A stretch of 28,620 nucleotides of DNA from Verrucomicrobiota bacterium (GCA_008932965.1 WBXG01000018.1:1-28620); one strand, 5' to 3'; shown: positions 1 to 10,027, numbered from the stretch's first letter. A program made the numbers and translations. Notes: a model not told the origin generated them from the letters alone.

Positions 1-867
1 AATTATTGGGGCAAGGTGAAACAGCTCATTGATGACCTTGGCAAAACTGTCAAAAAGGCAGGCCCTTCAACTCCAGTCAAAATTCTTGGTTTCAGTGGTC
101 TTCCAAACGCTGGTGATGAGTTACTCGTCATGAGTGAAGAACGCTCCGTACGCCAACTCAGTGAAGAGCGTCTTATGTCACTGCGAAGCACAAAACTGGC
201 GGCTCCCCAGCGCGCAACACTAGAAAGTCTTTTTGCAAATATTCAACAGGATCAGAAAAAGGTACTTCAGGTCATTTTAAAGAGTGACATGCAAGGATCG
301 CTGGAAGCGATCATCGGAACACTTTCAGATATTCCTCAGGACAAAATTGAATTAAAAATCATGCACTCGGCTGTTGGGCCTATTACAGAATCAGATGTCA
401 TGCTCGCCTGTGCCTCGAATGCCATTATCATTGGTTTTGGGACAAAAGTAGAAAACTCTGCAGCAACAGCAGCACGCCATGAAGGAGTACAGATTAAACT
501 CTTTAGTATTATTTATGAATTAATAGATCAGATGCGTGATGCCATGACCGGGCTTTTAGAGCCTGAATTGCGTGAAGCTATTGTAGGGCATGCTTTAGTG
601 AAACAGGTTTTTGATCTTACTCGCGGAATGATTGCTGGATCGATGGTGACCGATGGTCGCATCCTAAGAACAGCTCGGGCTCGTGTCATTCGTCGTCGCC
701 AAGTGATCTATGATGGTGGTGTTGCTACGCTACGTCGCTTTACTGAAGATGTGAAAGAGGTTCGCTCTGGTCTTGAGTGTGGTATTCGACTAGGCGATTT
801 CACTGAATATGAACCAGGGGATACCATTGAGTGCTACACATTAGAAAAAGTAGCACAAGTACTCTAA
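1..867 (+). CDS. infB: translation initiation factor IF-2, C-terminal part (5' end outside window)
   Basis: The frame is open from base 1 (NYWGKVKQLIDDLGKTVKKAGPSTPVKILGF...). The sequence looks like the IF-2 C-terminal domains (GPITESDVMLA, ECGIRLGDF). rbfA and truB follow, as in the conserved infB-rbfA-truB cluster. Confidence 0.93.
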   Translation, partial: NYWGKVKQLIDDLGKTVKKAGPSTPVKILGFSGLPNAGDELLVMSEERSVRQLSEERLMSLRSTKLAAPQRATLESLFANIQQDQKKVLQVILKSDMQGSLEAIIGTLSDIPQDKIELKIMHSAVGPITESDVMLACASNAIIIGFGTKVENSAATAARHEGVQIKLFSIIYELIDQMRDAMTGLLEPELREAIVGHALVKQVFDLTRGMIAGSMVTDGRILRTARARVIRRRQVIYDGGVATLRRFTEDVKEVRSGLECGIRLGDFTEYEPGDTIECYTLEKVAQVL

Positions 868-951
868 TAAATAACCATTCATGAGTGTTTGATCAGTAGA
901 AACCATACCCTCGTTTTAGAATCTCTGATTTGATGGAGTTGCTTTTAATAA

Positions 952-1132
952 ACCTGAACATTTCATACTAAATCTAAGACGGCTTGTGAAAAGCGTATCA
1001 CTGCTGGGTTAGCCTCGAATAGTGATTGAGGGAAGCTATACTACTATAGACTAGCATCATCATCCCTCGACCATCTTCCATGAATAAGCTTTGCATGGGG
1101 CTTCATGACACCTCAGTATAAAACATCCTGGT
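952..1132 (-). repeat. decayed short-form copy (A) of the MITE-like palindromic element, inverted relative to copies C and D
   Basis: Left end ACCTGAACATTTCATACTAAATC and right end CTCAGTATAAAACATCCTGGT match the family termini ACCYGGATATTTCATACTGATC / GATCAGTATGAAATATCCRGGT. Internal stretches (acggcttgtgaaaa, agcctcgaat) align by hand with copy E. Most differences are transitions toward A/T. Confidence 0.6.
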
Positions 1133-1178
1133 TTATTCACTTATCTCTTCCCCCATTACTCCTCATCCAACACCTTCC

Positions 1179-1541
1179 ATGAATCATCGATTAATGAGAG
1201 TTTCTGAACTCCTCAAACGAGAGCTGGGTATGCTCATCACACGTGATCTCCTTTTTAAAGCTCCACTTGTTTCGGTACGCGCTATTGATATTACTCCTGA
1301 CCTTAAAAGAGCTCATGTCTTTATTAGTGCCTTAGGTACTGGGGCACAAAAAAAAGAAGCCCTCCAGGTGCTTACTAAAAACCGCTCTCTTCTTCAAAAA
1401 GAATTGTCAAAGCGGGTTATTTTAAAATATACCCCTCATCTTATTTTTGAATTAGATGAATCTATCGAACGTGGGATACATGTGATTGATTTACTTGACA
1501 AACTCGATCAGGAAACGGTGAACGAGGAGCCTGCCAGCTAA
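1179..1541 (+). CDS. rbfA: ribosome-binding factor A
   Basis: 120-aa ORF with an RbfA-like sequence (RVSELLKRELGMLI...HVFIS...LSKRVILKYTPHLIFELDESIERG), located downstream of infB. Confidence 0.9.
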   Translation: MNHRLMRVSELLKRELGMLITRDLLFKAPLVSVRAIDITPDLKRAHVFISALGTGAQKKEALQVLTKNRSLLQKELSKRVILKYTPHLIFELDESIERGIHVIDLLDKLDQETVNEEPAS

Positions 1542-1572
1542 ATACTCTCACTTTGCAGATGCATTTCTCATT

Positions 1573-2565
1573 ATGATTGCTACTTCTACCCCTTTAGTTC
1601 AAAGCTCCTTTTCGGAAATTCATGAAGCCCTAATCAAGGCACCTCGTATTTTAGTAGTAAGTCACGCTCGACCAGATGGAGATGCGCTTGGTTCTACACT
1701 TGCAGCAGTACTTTGGTTGAAAAATGAAGGGCATTCTGTTGCTTCCTGGAATGAAGATGGATTGCCAGAGAGATTTTTACACCTTCCTGGAGCCTCCTTC
1801 ATCACGAAGCCTGCAAAAGAACCAGAATTTTTTGATGCCATTTTAGTCCTGGATACTGCGACCAAAAGCCGATTGGGAAATGACCTTTTGGAAAAAGCAC
1901 ACGCTCCGCTTTGGGTGGCAATCGATCATCATGTGAGCAATGAAAGATTTAGCCATTTAAATTGGATTGAACCAACAGCTCCTGCCACCGGAGAAATGCT
2001 TGCAGAGGGATTTTTATCAAAATCTATCCCAATCACTCCCGAGATAGCAACGAACCTTTATGTTGCACTCTCTACCGATACTGGTTCTTTTCAATATCAC
2101 AATACCTCTGCTCACACCTTTAAAATAGCTGCAGAGCTCGTTCGTGCTGGTGTCAATGTTGGAGAACTATCTCAAAAACTCTATTCTTCTCAACCACGAC
2201 GACGTTTTGAGTTGCTAAGATATGCCTTAGCTCATGCTCAATTTTCACCAGACCATCATATTGCTAGTGTTACATTAACCTTGGAGATCACTCGCTCGAT
2301 GCATCTTCTTCCTGAGGATACAGAGGGGATCATTGACCTCCTACGTTCCGTACAGGATGTTGAGGTTGCTGCTTTCTTTGAAGAGCTTTCTGAAGAAACA
2401 GTCCGTTTAAGTCTTCGCTCTAAAAGCCATCACTTCGATGCTGCTGCTTTTTGTAAAAAATATGATGGGGGAGGACATCGCATGGCTGCTGGAGCTCGTA
2501 TTTCAGGGAATTTACAATCAGTTGAAAAAGCAGTTCTAGCTCGCATTGCTTCCTACCTCAATTAG
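1573..2565 (+). CDS. nrnA: DHH/DHHA1 family phosphoesterase (NrnA-like oligoribonuclease / pAp phosphatase)
   Basis: DHH motifs are present: SHARPDGDALGS, LDTAT, AIDHHVSN and the DHHA1 motif GGGHRMAAGA. The position between rbfA and truB is known from other bacteria. Confidence 0.8.
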   Translation: MIATSTPLVQSSFSEIHEALIKAPRILVVSHARPDGDALGSTLAAVLWLKNEGHSVASWNEDGLPERFLHLPGASFITKPAKEPEFFDAILVLDTATKSRLGNDLLEKAHAPLWVAIDHHVSNERFSHLNWIEPTAPATGEMLAEGFLSKSIPITPEIATNLYVALSTDTGSFQYHNTSAHTFKIAAELVRAGVNVGELSQKLYSSQPRRRFELLRYALAHAQFSPDHHIASVTLTLEITRSMHLLPEDTEGIIDLLRSVQDVEVAAFFEELSEETVRLSLRSKSHHFDAAAFCKKYDGGGHRMAAGARISGNLQSVEKAVLARIASYLN

Positions 2566-2589
2566 TCTTACTCTTCACTTTATTTTATT

Positions 2590-3294
2590 ATGGATGGTGT
2601 TCTCCTCATTGACAAAGCTAGTCACATGACCTCTCATGATGTCGTTGCGATTGTTCGGCGTGTTCTTGGTATCAAAAAAGTAGGCCATTGTGGAACCTTA
2701 GACCCACTAGCAACAGGACTCCTCATGTTAACATTAGGACGTGGCACTAAAATTCAAGATCTCCTCATGAGCGAGGATAAGGAGTATCGTGGTACACTGA
2801 AACTCGGTGTGGTCACTGATTCTCAAGACGCAGACGGAAAAGTTTTAGAAACCCATCCTGTTCCTCATTTAGATCGAGAGACCCTGGAGGCTGCTTTTAA
2901 AAAATATGATGGGGACTTTTATCAAATTCCACCGATGGTTTCTGCGATTAAAAAAGAGGGTGTTCCACTTTACAAGTTAGCACGTGCTGGAAAAACCGTA
3001 GAGCGTGAACCTCGTTTTGTCCGTATCTATACCCATGAGATTTTAGATCAACGTAGTACTGAAGTTGATTTTCGTGTGGTCTGCAGCAAAGGGTTCTACG
3101 TCCGCACCTACGTGCATGATATCGGCCATGATTTAGGATGTGGAGCCCACCTCCAATCCTTGAGGCGTACTAAGTCAGGCCGTTTTTCGGTTGAGGCTGC
3201 TTTCCCTGCATCTCAATTAAAAGAAACTCCTCGAGAGATCATCCTCTCTAAGGTACTTAGTTTGCCCGAGGTATCGCGACTTCGGGGTGCTTAA
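2590..3294 (+). CDS. truB: tRNA pseudouridine(55) synthase
   Basis: TruB catalytic motif GHCGTLDPLATGLL is present, with the N-terminus GVLLIDKASHMTSHDVV. Conserved position after rbfA. Confidence 0.93.
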   Translation: MDGVLLIDKASHMTSHDVVAIVRRVLGIKKVGHCGTLDPLATGLLMLTLGRGTKIQDLLMSEDKEYRGTLKLGVVTDSQDADGKVLETHPVPHLDRETLEAAFKKYDGDFYQIPPMVSAIKKEGVPLYKLARAGKTVEREPRFVRIYTHEILDQRSTEVDFRVVCSKGFYVRTYVHDIGHDLGCGAHLQSLRRTKSGRFSVEAAFPASQLKETPREIILSKVLSLPEVSRLRGA

Positions 3295-3390
3295 AAAAAT
3301 GGAGACCATCCAGAAGGCTTCATTGCGGCTATCCCTGCATCTTTCCCATTTTGATTTACGTTCTTTTGAAACCACTGCTAGCATCATTGA

Positions 3391-4329
3391 GTGAATATCT
3401 TTTCCTCCATTAATGAGCTTTCACTTTTAAAAGAACCCCTTGTGCTTGTCGGGGGAACCTTTGATGGAGTCCACTTAGGACATCAGTCCTTAATTCGTCG
3501 GGCTCAAGAAGAGGCTCAAAAATATGGAGGACGTGTGGTAGTAATGACTTTTGATCAACACCCAGCCTCTTTTTTAAGGCCTCAACAGGCTCCTAAAGTA
3601 CTTACCAGCACACCACAAAAAATAAAACTACTTGAAGCGTTAGGTCTTGATGCTGTACTGCTCCTTCCCTTTAATGCAGCACTTGCTGCCACGACTGCCA
3701 CTCAATTCATTGATCAAATCGCACAGGGAGCTCCCTTATTAAAAGCCATATGTGTAGGAGCTAATTGGGCTTTTGGCCAGGGTGGCAAGGGAAATATTAC
3801 CTTATTACGCCAGTTAGGAGAGATACATCAGTTTTCTGTTATTACTATTGATCCTGTTCGTATTGGGGAGGAGGTGGTAAGCAGCACTCGCATTCGAAGC
3901 CTTATTGCTACTGGTGATCTTAAAAATGCTGCTGCCTGCCTCGGCTATCGATACACACTCTCTGGGACCGTAATTCATGGAGCAGGACGTGGCAAAGGCC
4001 TGGGATTTCCTACAGCAAACCTTAAGGTTGATCAGATGCAGTTACCTCCTAATGGAGTCTATCTTGCAAAAGCATTGGTCAACGGGTTTCTCTACCATGC
4101 CGGTGTTAATATTGGCTTTCGTCCGACAATCTCGTGGATTAACAACAAAATCACAGTAGAGGCATATCTGTTTGATTTTACTGGAGATCTCTATGGCAAG
4201 GAAATGAGACTGGAATTCATCTCATTTATTCGTAAGGAAATCACATTTATGAGTGTTGAAGATCTGAAAGCTCAGATTGATAAAGATCTTCAAACTGCAA
4301 AAACTCTTCTTCAAGAGGAGCCATTATAG
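3391..4329 (+). CDS. ribF: bifunctional riboflavin kinase / FMN adenylyltransferase
   Basis: N-terminal FAD synthetase motif GTFDGVHLGHQ and C-terminal riboflavin kinase motifs (GRGKGLGFPTANL, TVEAYLFDF) are present. The start is GTG. Located downstream of truB. Confidence 0.9.
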   Translation: MNIFSSINELSLLKEPLVLVGGTFDGVHLGHQSLIRRAQEEAQKYGGRVVVMTFDQHPASFLRPQQAPKVLTSTPQKIKLLEALGLDAVLLLPFNAALAATTATQFIDQIAQGAPLLKAICVGANWAFGQGGKGNITLLRQLGEIHQFSVITIDPVRIGEEVVSSTRIRSLIATGDLKNAAACLGYRYTLSGTVIHGAGRGKGLGFPTANLKVDQMQLPPNGVYLAKALVNGFLYHAGVNIGFRPTISWINNKITVEAYLFDFTGDLYGKEMRLEFISFIRKEITFMSVEDLKAQIDKDLQTAKTLLQEEPL

Positions 4330-4331
4330 AA

Positions 4332-4357
4332 AGAAAAAATCGGACTAGATTTTTTCT
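4332..4357. terminator. candidate bidirectional hairpin between convergent ribF and pyk
   Basis: Perfect 10-bp inverted repeat AGAAAAAATC-ggacta-GATTTTTTCT. It overlaps the pyk stop codon and has T/A runs on both sides. The stem is AT-rich, so it is weak. Confidence 0.3.
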
Positions 4358-5768
4358 AGATTTTTCGAAGCTCAATAGAATCGACATTCTTTTCTCCCTC
4401 TTCGAGGTCACTAAGAATAACTAAGGAATTTCCTTTTTCCATGAAAGAGCTCTTCAAAAGCATATCTTCAACCTCTGATAAGACTCTCTCCATTCCTTGT
4501 TCTGTGGAGGCTACGATAGGATGGGTACCCCAATTGAGAATCAAATGTCGTGCCACTATTTCTGAAGAGGTAACAGCAAAAATAGGGGCTGTTTGTGGCC
4601 TTAATTGACTTGTGTAGTCGGCCATGACACCACGGGAAGTAAACACAATGAGCCCCGAATCAGGAAGAGAATTAGCGAGAGAAACTCCTGCACGTGTTGT
4701 TTTTTGATGTGCATTTTCTAATTCTGTTTGTTTTACATAAGCAGCATAGCCACTCCGCTCGATACGACGAGCTACACGATCCATAACACGGACACACTCT
4801 ACAGGATATTTTCCAACAGTGGTCTCTCCACTCAGCATGATTGCATCTGCTTGTTCAAAAACAGCATTTGCTACATCAGTAATTTCAGCTCGTGTAGGAA
4901 CAGGATTCTCTATCATTGACTCCAAAAGATGAGTTGCCACAATGACTGGACGACCCAACTGAATCGCTTTTTTCATAATCCGACGTTGAATAATAGGAAG
5001 CTCTTCCATCGGGCATTCAACACCAAGGTCACCACGGGCGATCATCACTGCATCTGTTGCCTCTATGATTTCCTCGATAAATTTCACTGCCGATTGATCT
5101 TCTATTTTGGCGATGACACGTGCTGTCCCATGATTTTCTTCAATAAGACGCTTCATTTCTAAAATGTCATTGGCTTCACGACAAAAGCTTAAGGCAATAA
5201 AATCGACTCCTAGTTCACATCCCAAAATAACATCAGCGATATCTTTTTCTGTGAGGGGAGGAAGATTCACACGCACGCCAGGGAGATTGATGTGACGACG
5301 CGAGCCAAGGGGCCCAGGAGTCAAGACCTCACAACGAATTCTATTATTTTTTTTGCTTAATACTTTCAGGTGAAGGACCCCATTATCGACCAGCATGACA
5401 TCGCCTTCTGAGATATCATCAATAAGTCCATCATAGTTTACGTTAACGGAATAGACCTCTTCGCTTGGTGCTCCACGTACAGTGAATTCCAAAATATCCC
5501 CTACTTTGAGTTCAAATTTTGAAGGAAGATCGCCTGTTCGTACAGCTGGCCCTTGTGTGTCCATGAGAATACCAACCATGAGTCCTAACTCTTGGGCAAT
5601 CTGACGAATCATCGGCACAACCTTGCGTACCGAATCATGGTGAGCGTGACTCATGTTCAATCGAAAAATATTTACTCCGGCTTGCATCAACTCGCGAAGA
5701 CGCTCTGAAGTTTCACTAACGGGACCTAGGGTTGCTATAATTCGGGTTTTACGAAGAGAGGGAATCAT
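4356..5768 (-). CDS. pyk: pyruvate kinase
   Basis: 470-aa ORF with the typical PK N-terminus (RKTRIIATLGPVS...GVNIFRLNMSHAHH...MDTQGPAVRTG) and an MIARGDLGVE motif. Confidence 0.93.
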   Translation of the reverse strand: MIPSLRKTRIIATLGPVSETSERLRELMQAGVNIFRLNMSHAHHDSVRKVVPMIRQIAQELGLMVGILMDTQGPAVRTGDLPSKFELKVGDILEFTVRGAPSEEVYSVNVNYDGLIDDISEGDVMLVDNGVLHLKVLSKKNNRIRCEVLTPGPLGSRRHINLPGVRVNLPPLTEKDIADVILGCELGVDFIALSFCREANDILEMKRLIEENHGTARVIAKIEDQSAVKFIEEIIEATDAVMIARGDLGVECPMEELPIIQRRIMKKAIQLGRPVIVATHLLESMIENPVPTRAEITDVANAVFEQADAIMLSGETTVGKYPVECVRVMDRVARRIERSGYAAYVKQTELENAHQKTTRAGVSLANSLPDSGLIVFTSRGVMADYTSQLRPQTAPIFAVTSSEIVARHLILNWGTHPIVASTEQGMERVLSEVEDMLLKSSFMEKGNSLVILSDLEEGEKNVDSIELRKI

Positions 5769-5902
5769 GAAAATGAGATAGTACTTTTTTATAAGATGGC
5801 GATAAAAGATGCCTTAGAAGCGAGATTTATGCGAACTATTTTTATCCCACAGTTGTATTTGGCTTTTTCTATTAATAATAAAAATCATTCAGCTATAGTC
5901 CC

Positions 5903-7975
5903 ATGATGAACTATGTTCGATCCCTTTTGTATGGCATTCCTCTTTTTTTAGTATTGCTCTTTGTTGTTTCTTTGTTGAACACGGCTTCACTGACGGTCAA
6001 AAAAGAGAACGAAATGTCCTTAGGGATCAATGCTGAGCCGGTAACACTCAATCCCATACAACAAAGTGATGCTTCCTCGGCACTCGTCACAGGATTTCTT
6101 TTTAATGGACTTCTGAAAGAAAATGAAAATCTCGAGCTTGTAGGATCACTTGCCTCAGAGTGGTCACTAAATCAAATCACGACTTTTTATTTCCTTAATT
6201 CCTTGGGGGCAGAGAGGGCTAAAGTGATCCTAGAAAAAGAAAAAATAGCACACCCTGAGTGGGGTATTGATACTTCCCTGACTAAACATGCTACTCAACT
6301 TAAGCTTACCCTCCATGAACCTGGATATCGCCATAGTGAGTCTATTAGCCAATCTCTTCCAAAAGAGAGCCTTCTTCCTGTTCAAACAGTGCGACTTCAA
6401 AGAGATCCTAAAAATTCCAATCCCTCCATTTTTGAACTTCTTCTCACTACTATTTCGGAGCCCTATTTCAAAGAGCATCTTCAACGCACTCGTAGGAGCG
6501 ATGATTGTGAGGAGTGGGTGTTTGCCTCCTCCTTTTCACTACAAAATTTTTTGGAAAAAAATGCATCTCATTTTCCATTAAAGATCACTCATCAAGAAAC
6601 GCATCTCTTCACTGCTGAACCAGTCATTAATTTTACCTTACGTCATGATGTTTGCTGGCATGATGGAGTGCCATTCACCTCCGCAGATGTCGCTTTTACC
6701 TGTCATGCCATTATGGATGATCGTGTTGCCTCCCCGCTGCGTTCCTATTTTGAGCTTGTTTCCAAGATCGAGACACCAGATCCATGGCATCTCACTGTTC
6801 ATTACCGACATCCTTTTTCACCTGCATTGAACAGCTGGACCATTCCGATCATTCCAGCTCATCTTTTGGAAAACAAGGATCCCTCTCTTTGGGGAAGCTC
6901 TTTTAATCGCCATCCAGTAGGGACAGGTCCTTTTTGTTTTGAAGCTTGGAAGAGCAATGAGTATGTGCGACTCAAAAAAAATAATCATTATTTTTTGGGG
7001 GCTCCGTGGCTTGAATCAATCGCTTTTCGCATTCTCCCAGATCCCCTCACCCTACGTCTTGCTTTTGAAACACATCAGATTGACTTTTGGGATGCAGCTC
7101 CCTGGGCAATCAAAGGATGCTCCGAGGATCGACGTTTTGAAATTTTTGCAACTCCTGGGAATAGCTATACCTATGTAGGTTGGAACAGCCGCCGACCCCT
7201 CTTTGCTGATATTCGGGTTCGTCAAGCACTTGCCCATGCTGTGAATATTCCTGAAATGATTCAATATCTTCTCTATGGAAATGGAGTACCATCTACAGGA
7301 ATTTTTACACCACGTATGTGGTGTTATAATGATTCAATAAAACCTTTTTCTTATAATCCTAAAAAAGCTGCTGCACTTCTGGATCAAGCAGGATGGAAAA
7401 TTGGTCATGATGGTATACGCTCCCGTGCAGGAAAACGCTTGAGCTTCACCTTACTTACCAGTAATGGAAGCTCTATTGGCCCTGACATTGCACTACTCTT
7501 GCAAGATAAATTCAGAAAAAATGGAATTGAAATGAAAATCGAAACCTACGAGTGGACCGTTTATTTGAAAAAATTACAGGAACACGATTTCGATGCAGTC
7601 GTTGCTGCTTGGACACTTCCCGATGATTGCGATCAATATGATCTTTGGAATTCAAACCAATACTTTGCTGGGGGATATAATTATACAGGATACAACAATC
7701 CTCATGTCGACCAACTCCTGCAAGAGATACGAAATGAATATAGACGTCCTGAGGTAATTAGTCTTGCCAAAGAACTGCAGCAAACAATTTATCAGGATCA
7801 ACCCTATCTCTTTCTTTTTGTTCCCAAACATACTTCAGTACTCTGGAAAGGGAGCTATCGTCTCTGCTACCCCACAGATCATGGCTTTGTTGACAGACCG
7901 CTTGAGCCTTGTAAGGCAGGGTGGAACTACAACATGGAGTGGTTTTATCGGAAGGATTATCCTCCAATAAAGTAA
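5903..7975 (+). CDS. ABC transporter substrate-binding protein, family 5 (peptide/nickel type), membrane-anchored, with a large internal insertion
   Basis: N-terminal hydrophobic anchor (LLYGIPLFLVLLFVVSLL). Family-5 SBP signatures are present (FTLRHDVCWHDGVPFTSADVAFT; YVRLKKNNHYF; ILPDPLTLRLAFETHQIDF). Directly upstream of two cognate permease genes. Confidence 0.85.
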   Translation: MMNYVRSLLYGIPLFLVLLFVVSLLNTASLTVKKENEMSLGINAEPVTLNPIQQSDASSALVTGFLFNGLLKENENLELVGSLASEWSLNQITTFYFLNSLGAERAKVILEKEKIAHPEWGIDTSLTKHATQLKLTLHEPGYRHSESISQSLPKESLLPVQTVRLQRDPKNSNPSIFELLLTTISEPYFKEHLQRTRRSDDCEEWVFASSFSLQNFLEKNASHFPLKITHQETHLFTAEPVINFTLRHDVCWHDGVPFTSADVAFTCHAIMDDRVASPLRSYFELVSKIETPDPWHLTVHYRHPFSPALNSWTIPIIPAHLLENKDPSLWGSSFNRHPVGTGPFCFEAWKSNEYVRLKKNNHYFLGAPWLESIAFRILPDPLTLRLAFETHQIDFWDAAPWAIKGCSEDRRFEIFATPGNSYTYVGWNSRRPLFADIRVRQALAHAVNIPEMIQYLLYGNGVPSTGIFTPRMWCYNDSIKPFSYNPKKAAALLDQAGWKIGHDGIRSRAGKRLSFTLLTSNGSSIGPDIALLLQDKFRKNGIEMKIETYEWTVYLKKLQEHDFDAVVAAWTLPDDCDQYDLWNSNQYFAGGYNYTGYNNPHVDQLLQEIRNEYRRPEVISLAKELQQTIYQDQPYLFLFVPKHTSVLWKGSYRLCYPTDHGFVDRPLEPCKAGWNYNMEWFYRKDYPPIK

Positions 7976-8052
7976 TGAAGAAGGTATCTTTGAAGATTTA
8001 AAAATGGATCATGACAAAGAAAACTCCAAACCCATTTTATTCGTAATTTTTT

Positions 8053-9015
8053 ATGCTCTCCTTCATCCTACATCGTCTTTTCCTTACTTTTTTTTTGCTT
8101 TTTGTGATTAGTTTGATCTCTTTTTTTATTGTGACACTCACTCCTGGCAGTCCCTATCCATGGGGTGAAATGAATCCCAAAATTTCTCCAGAGCTCAAAG
8201 AGGCTTTTCGTAAAAAGTTCCACCTTGATCGTCCCCTTCCTGTGCAATACTACCTGATGCTGCATGATCTTTTCACAGGAAAACTGCGTAGCATGAAAGA
8301 TGAACTTCCAGTCCTCAGGAAAATTCTAGATCGTCTTCCTGCGAGCCTTAGGCTCAACATAACAGCTATGCTCTTCTCTCTTTCCTGCGGGACCTTGCTT
8401 GGAATTTATGGAGCACGCCATGCCGGCCATTGGCACGATCTTCTGAGCTCATTCTTGGCTTTTCTTTTAATTGCTCTTCCTGGCTTTTGGATTTCTTATT
8501 TAGTTGTTATTGGACTTGTAAAACATGTTGGTATCCCAATTTTAGGAACACAAAGTTATGGTATTGATTTCCCCAATGAGTTTTCAAGATGGCTCGATCA
8601 AACATGGCACTTGATACTACCAGCTCTGATCCTTTCTCTTGGAGCTCTTGCAATACAGTCACGCTATCTTCGTGCAAGCATAATCGAAACACTTCGGGAA
8701 CATTATATCCTCACAGCACATGCCAAAGGGCTCTCTTCATCAGCCATTTTTTATAAACATGCGTTGCGAAATTCACTAAGGCCTCTCATTACTGGCATTG
8801 GAATGCTTTTGCCGAGCCTCATCAGTGGAACTGTTATTATCGAAAGTATTTTTGCCTACCCAGGAATGGGACAGCTTGGTTATCAAGCCGTACTAGAACG
8901 AGATTACCCTATGCTTGTTGCACTTAATTTTATTGTTGCAGCACTTGTTCTCATTGGAAATTTCATCTCTGATCTCCTCTATGCTGTTGTTGATCCACGC
9001 GTGAGGCTAGAATAA
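8053..9015 (+). CDS. ABC transporter permease (OppB/DppB-like)
   Basis: 320-aa polytopic membrane protein with the typical OppB/DppB start (ILHRLFLTFFLLF...TPGSP), an EAA-loop region (TAHAKGLS...HALRNSL) and the C-terminal DLLYAVVDPRVR. Confidence 0.9.
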   Translation: MLSFILHRLFLTFFLLFVISLISFFIVTLTPGSPYPWGEMNPKISPELKEAFRKKFHLDRPLPVQYYLMLHDLFTGKLRSMKDELPVLRKILDRLPASLRLNITAMLFSLSCGTLLGIYGARHAGHWHDLLSSFLAFLLIALPGFWISYLVVIGLVKHVGIPILGTQSYGIDFPNEFSRWLDQTWHLILPALILSLGALAIQSRYLRASIIETLREHYILTAHAKGLSSSAIFYKHALRNSLRPLITGIGMLLPSLISGTVIIESIFAYPGMGQLGYQAVLERDYPMLVALNFIVAALVLIGNFISDLLYAVVDPRVRLE

Positions 9016-9050
9016 TACTTTTCAAGAGACCTCATATTCTACCTTTTCTC

Positions 9051-9932
9051 ATGGAACAAAAAAAAGCGGATGATCAACAGAAGCTATTACAAAATAATAG
9101 CAAAAGTAACTTTACCCATTTTTTTAAGAATCCTGTGGCACTCATTGCCCTTATTATTGTTCTTTTTTTGGCCTTGGTAGCAGTAGCAGTCTCCATTTTA
9201 AGTTACTACGGTATTGAGTGGCCCATGAACCCCAATGAAACCCACCTTGATGCAAGATTACTCCAGCCAAGCCTGGAACATTGGATTGGAACAGATCATC
9301 TAGGACGTGATGTTTTTTCAAGGATGCTTCACGGAACTGTAATATCGATGACGGTGGGATTCACTGCCGTGGCAGTTTCCTTGTCAATTGGTGTCTCTAT
9401 AGGTGCTGTTGCCGGATACTGTGGAGGAAAAATAGATCAGATTTTGATGCGTAGTGTCGATGCCCTCCTCTGTTTTCCTACTTTTTTTTTAATTCTCACT
9501 GCAGTAGCTCTCCTAGGACCAAGCTTGATCAATATCATTGTTGTTATTGGATTGATTAGTTGGACTGGCACAGCTCGTCTTGTACGTGCTGAGTTTTTGA
9601 CACTACGAGAAACAGAATATGTTTACGCCGCTCGAATTTTAGGACAACGCTGGTGGAAGTTAATTATTAGACATATGTTACCCAACGCAGCGGCTGTTAT
9701 TTTGATTACGGCAATTTTAGGTATCCCTGAAGCGATTTTAGCAGAAGCAGGATTGAGCTTTCTTGGCTTTGGGGTACAACCACCTCAAGCAACATGGGGA
9801 AACATTATTGCTGATGGAAAAAATTATTTCCTTGATGCTTGGTGGCTGATTTTTTTTCCGGGACTTGCTATTTTAATGACCGCTTTATCATTCTACCTTC
9901 TGGGAGATGCCTTACGTGAAGTTGCAGAGTAG
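9051..9932 (+). CDS. ABC transporter permease (OppC/DppC-like)
   Basis: 293-aa membrane protein with OppC/DppC motifs (HWIGTDHLGRDVFSRMLHG; YVYAARILG; SFLGFGVQPP; LLGDALRE). Confidence 0.9.
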   Translation: MEQKKADDQQKLLQNNSKSNFTHFFKNPVALIALIIVLFLALVAVAVSILSYYGIEWPMNPNETHLDARLLQPSLEHWIGTDHLGRDVFSRMLHGTVISMTVGFTAVAVSLSIGVSIGAVAGYCGGKIDQILMRSVDALLCFPTFFLILTAVALLGPSLINIIVVIGLISWTGTARLVRAEFLTLRETEYVYAARILGQRWWKLIIRHMLPNAAAVILITAILGIPEAILAEAGLSFLGFGVQPPQATWGNIIADGKNYFLDAWWLIFFPGLAILMTALSFYLLGDALREVAE

Positions 9933-10027
9933 GAATCAATTCAATGAAATTTCATGAATAGAATTTTTAGATAATCACGCTTGTTGAGCCACACTATTTC
10001 ATCCCAGTTTTTAAATATCCCTCATTC

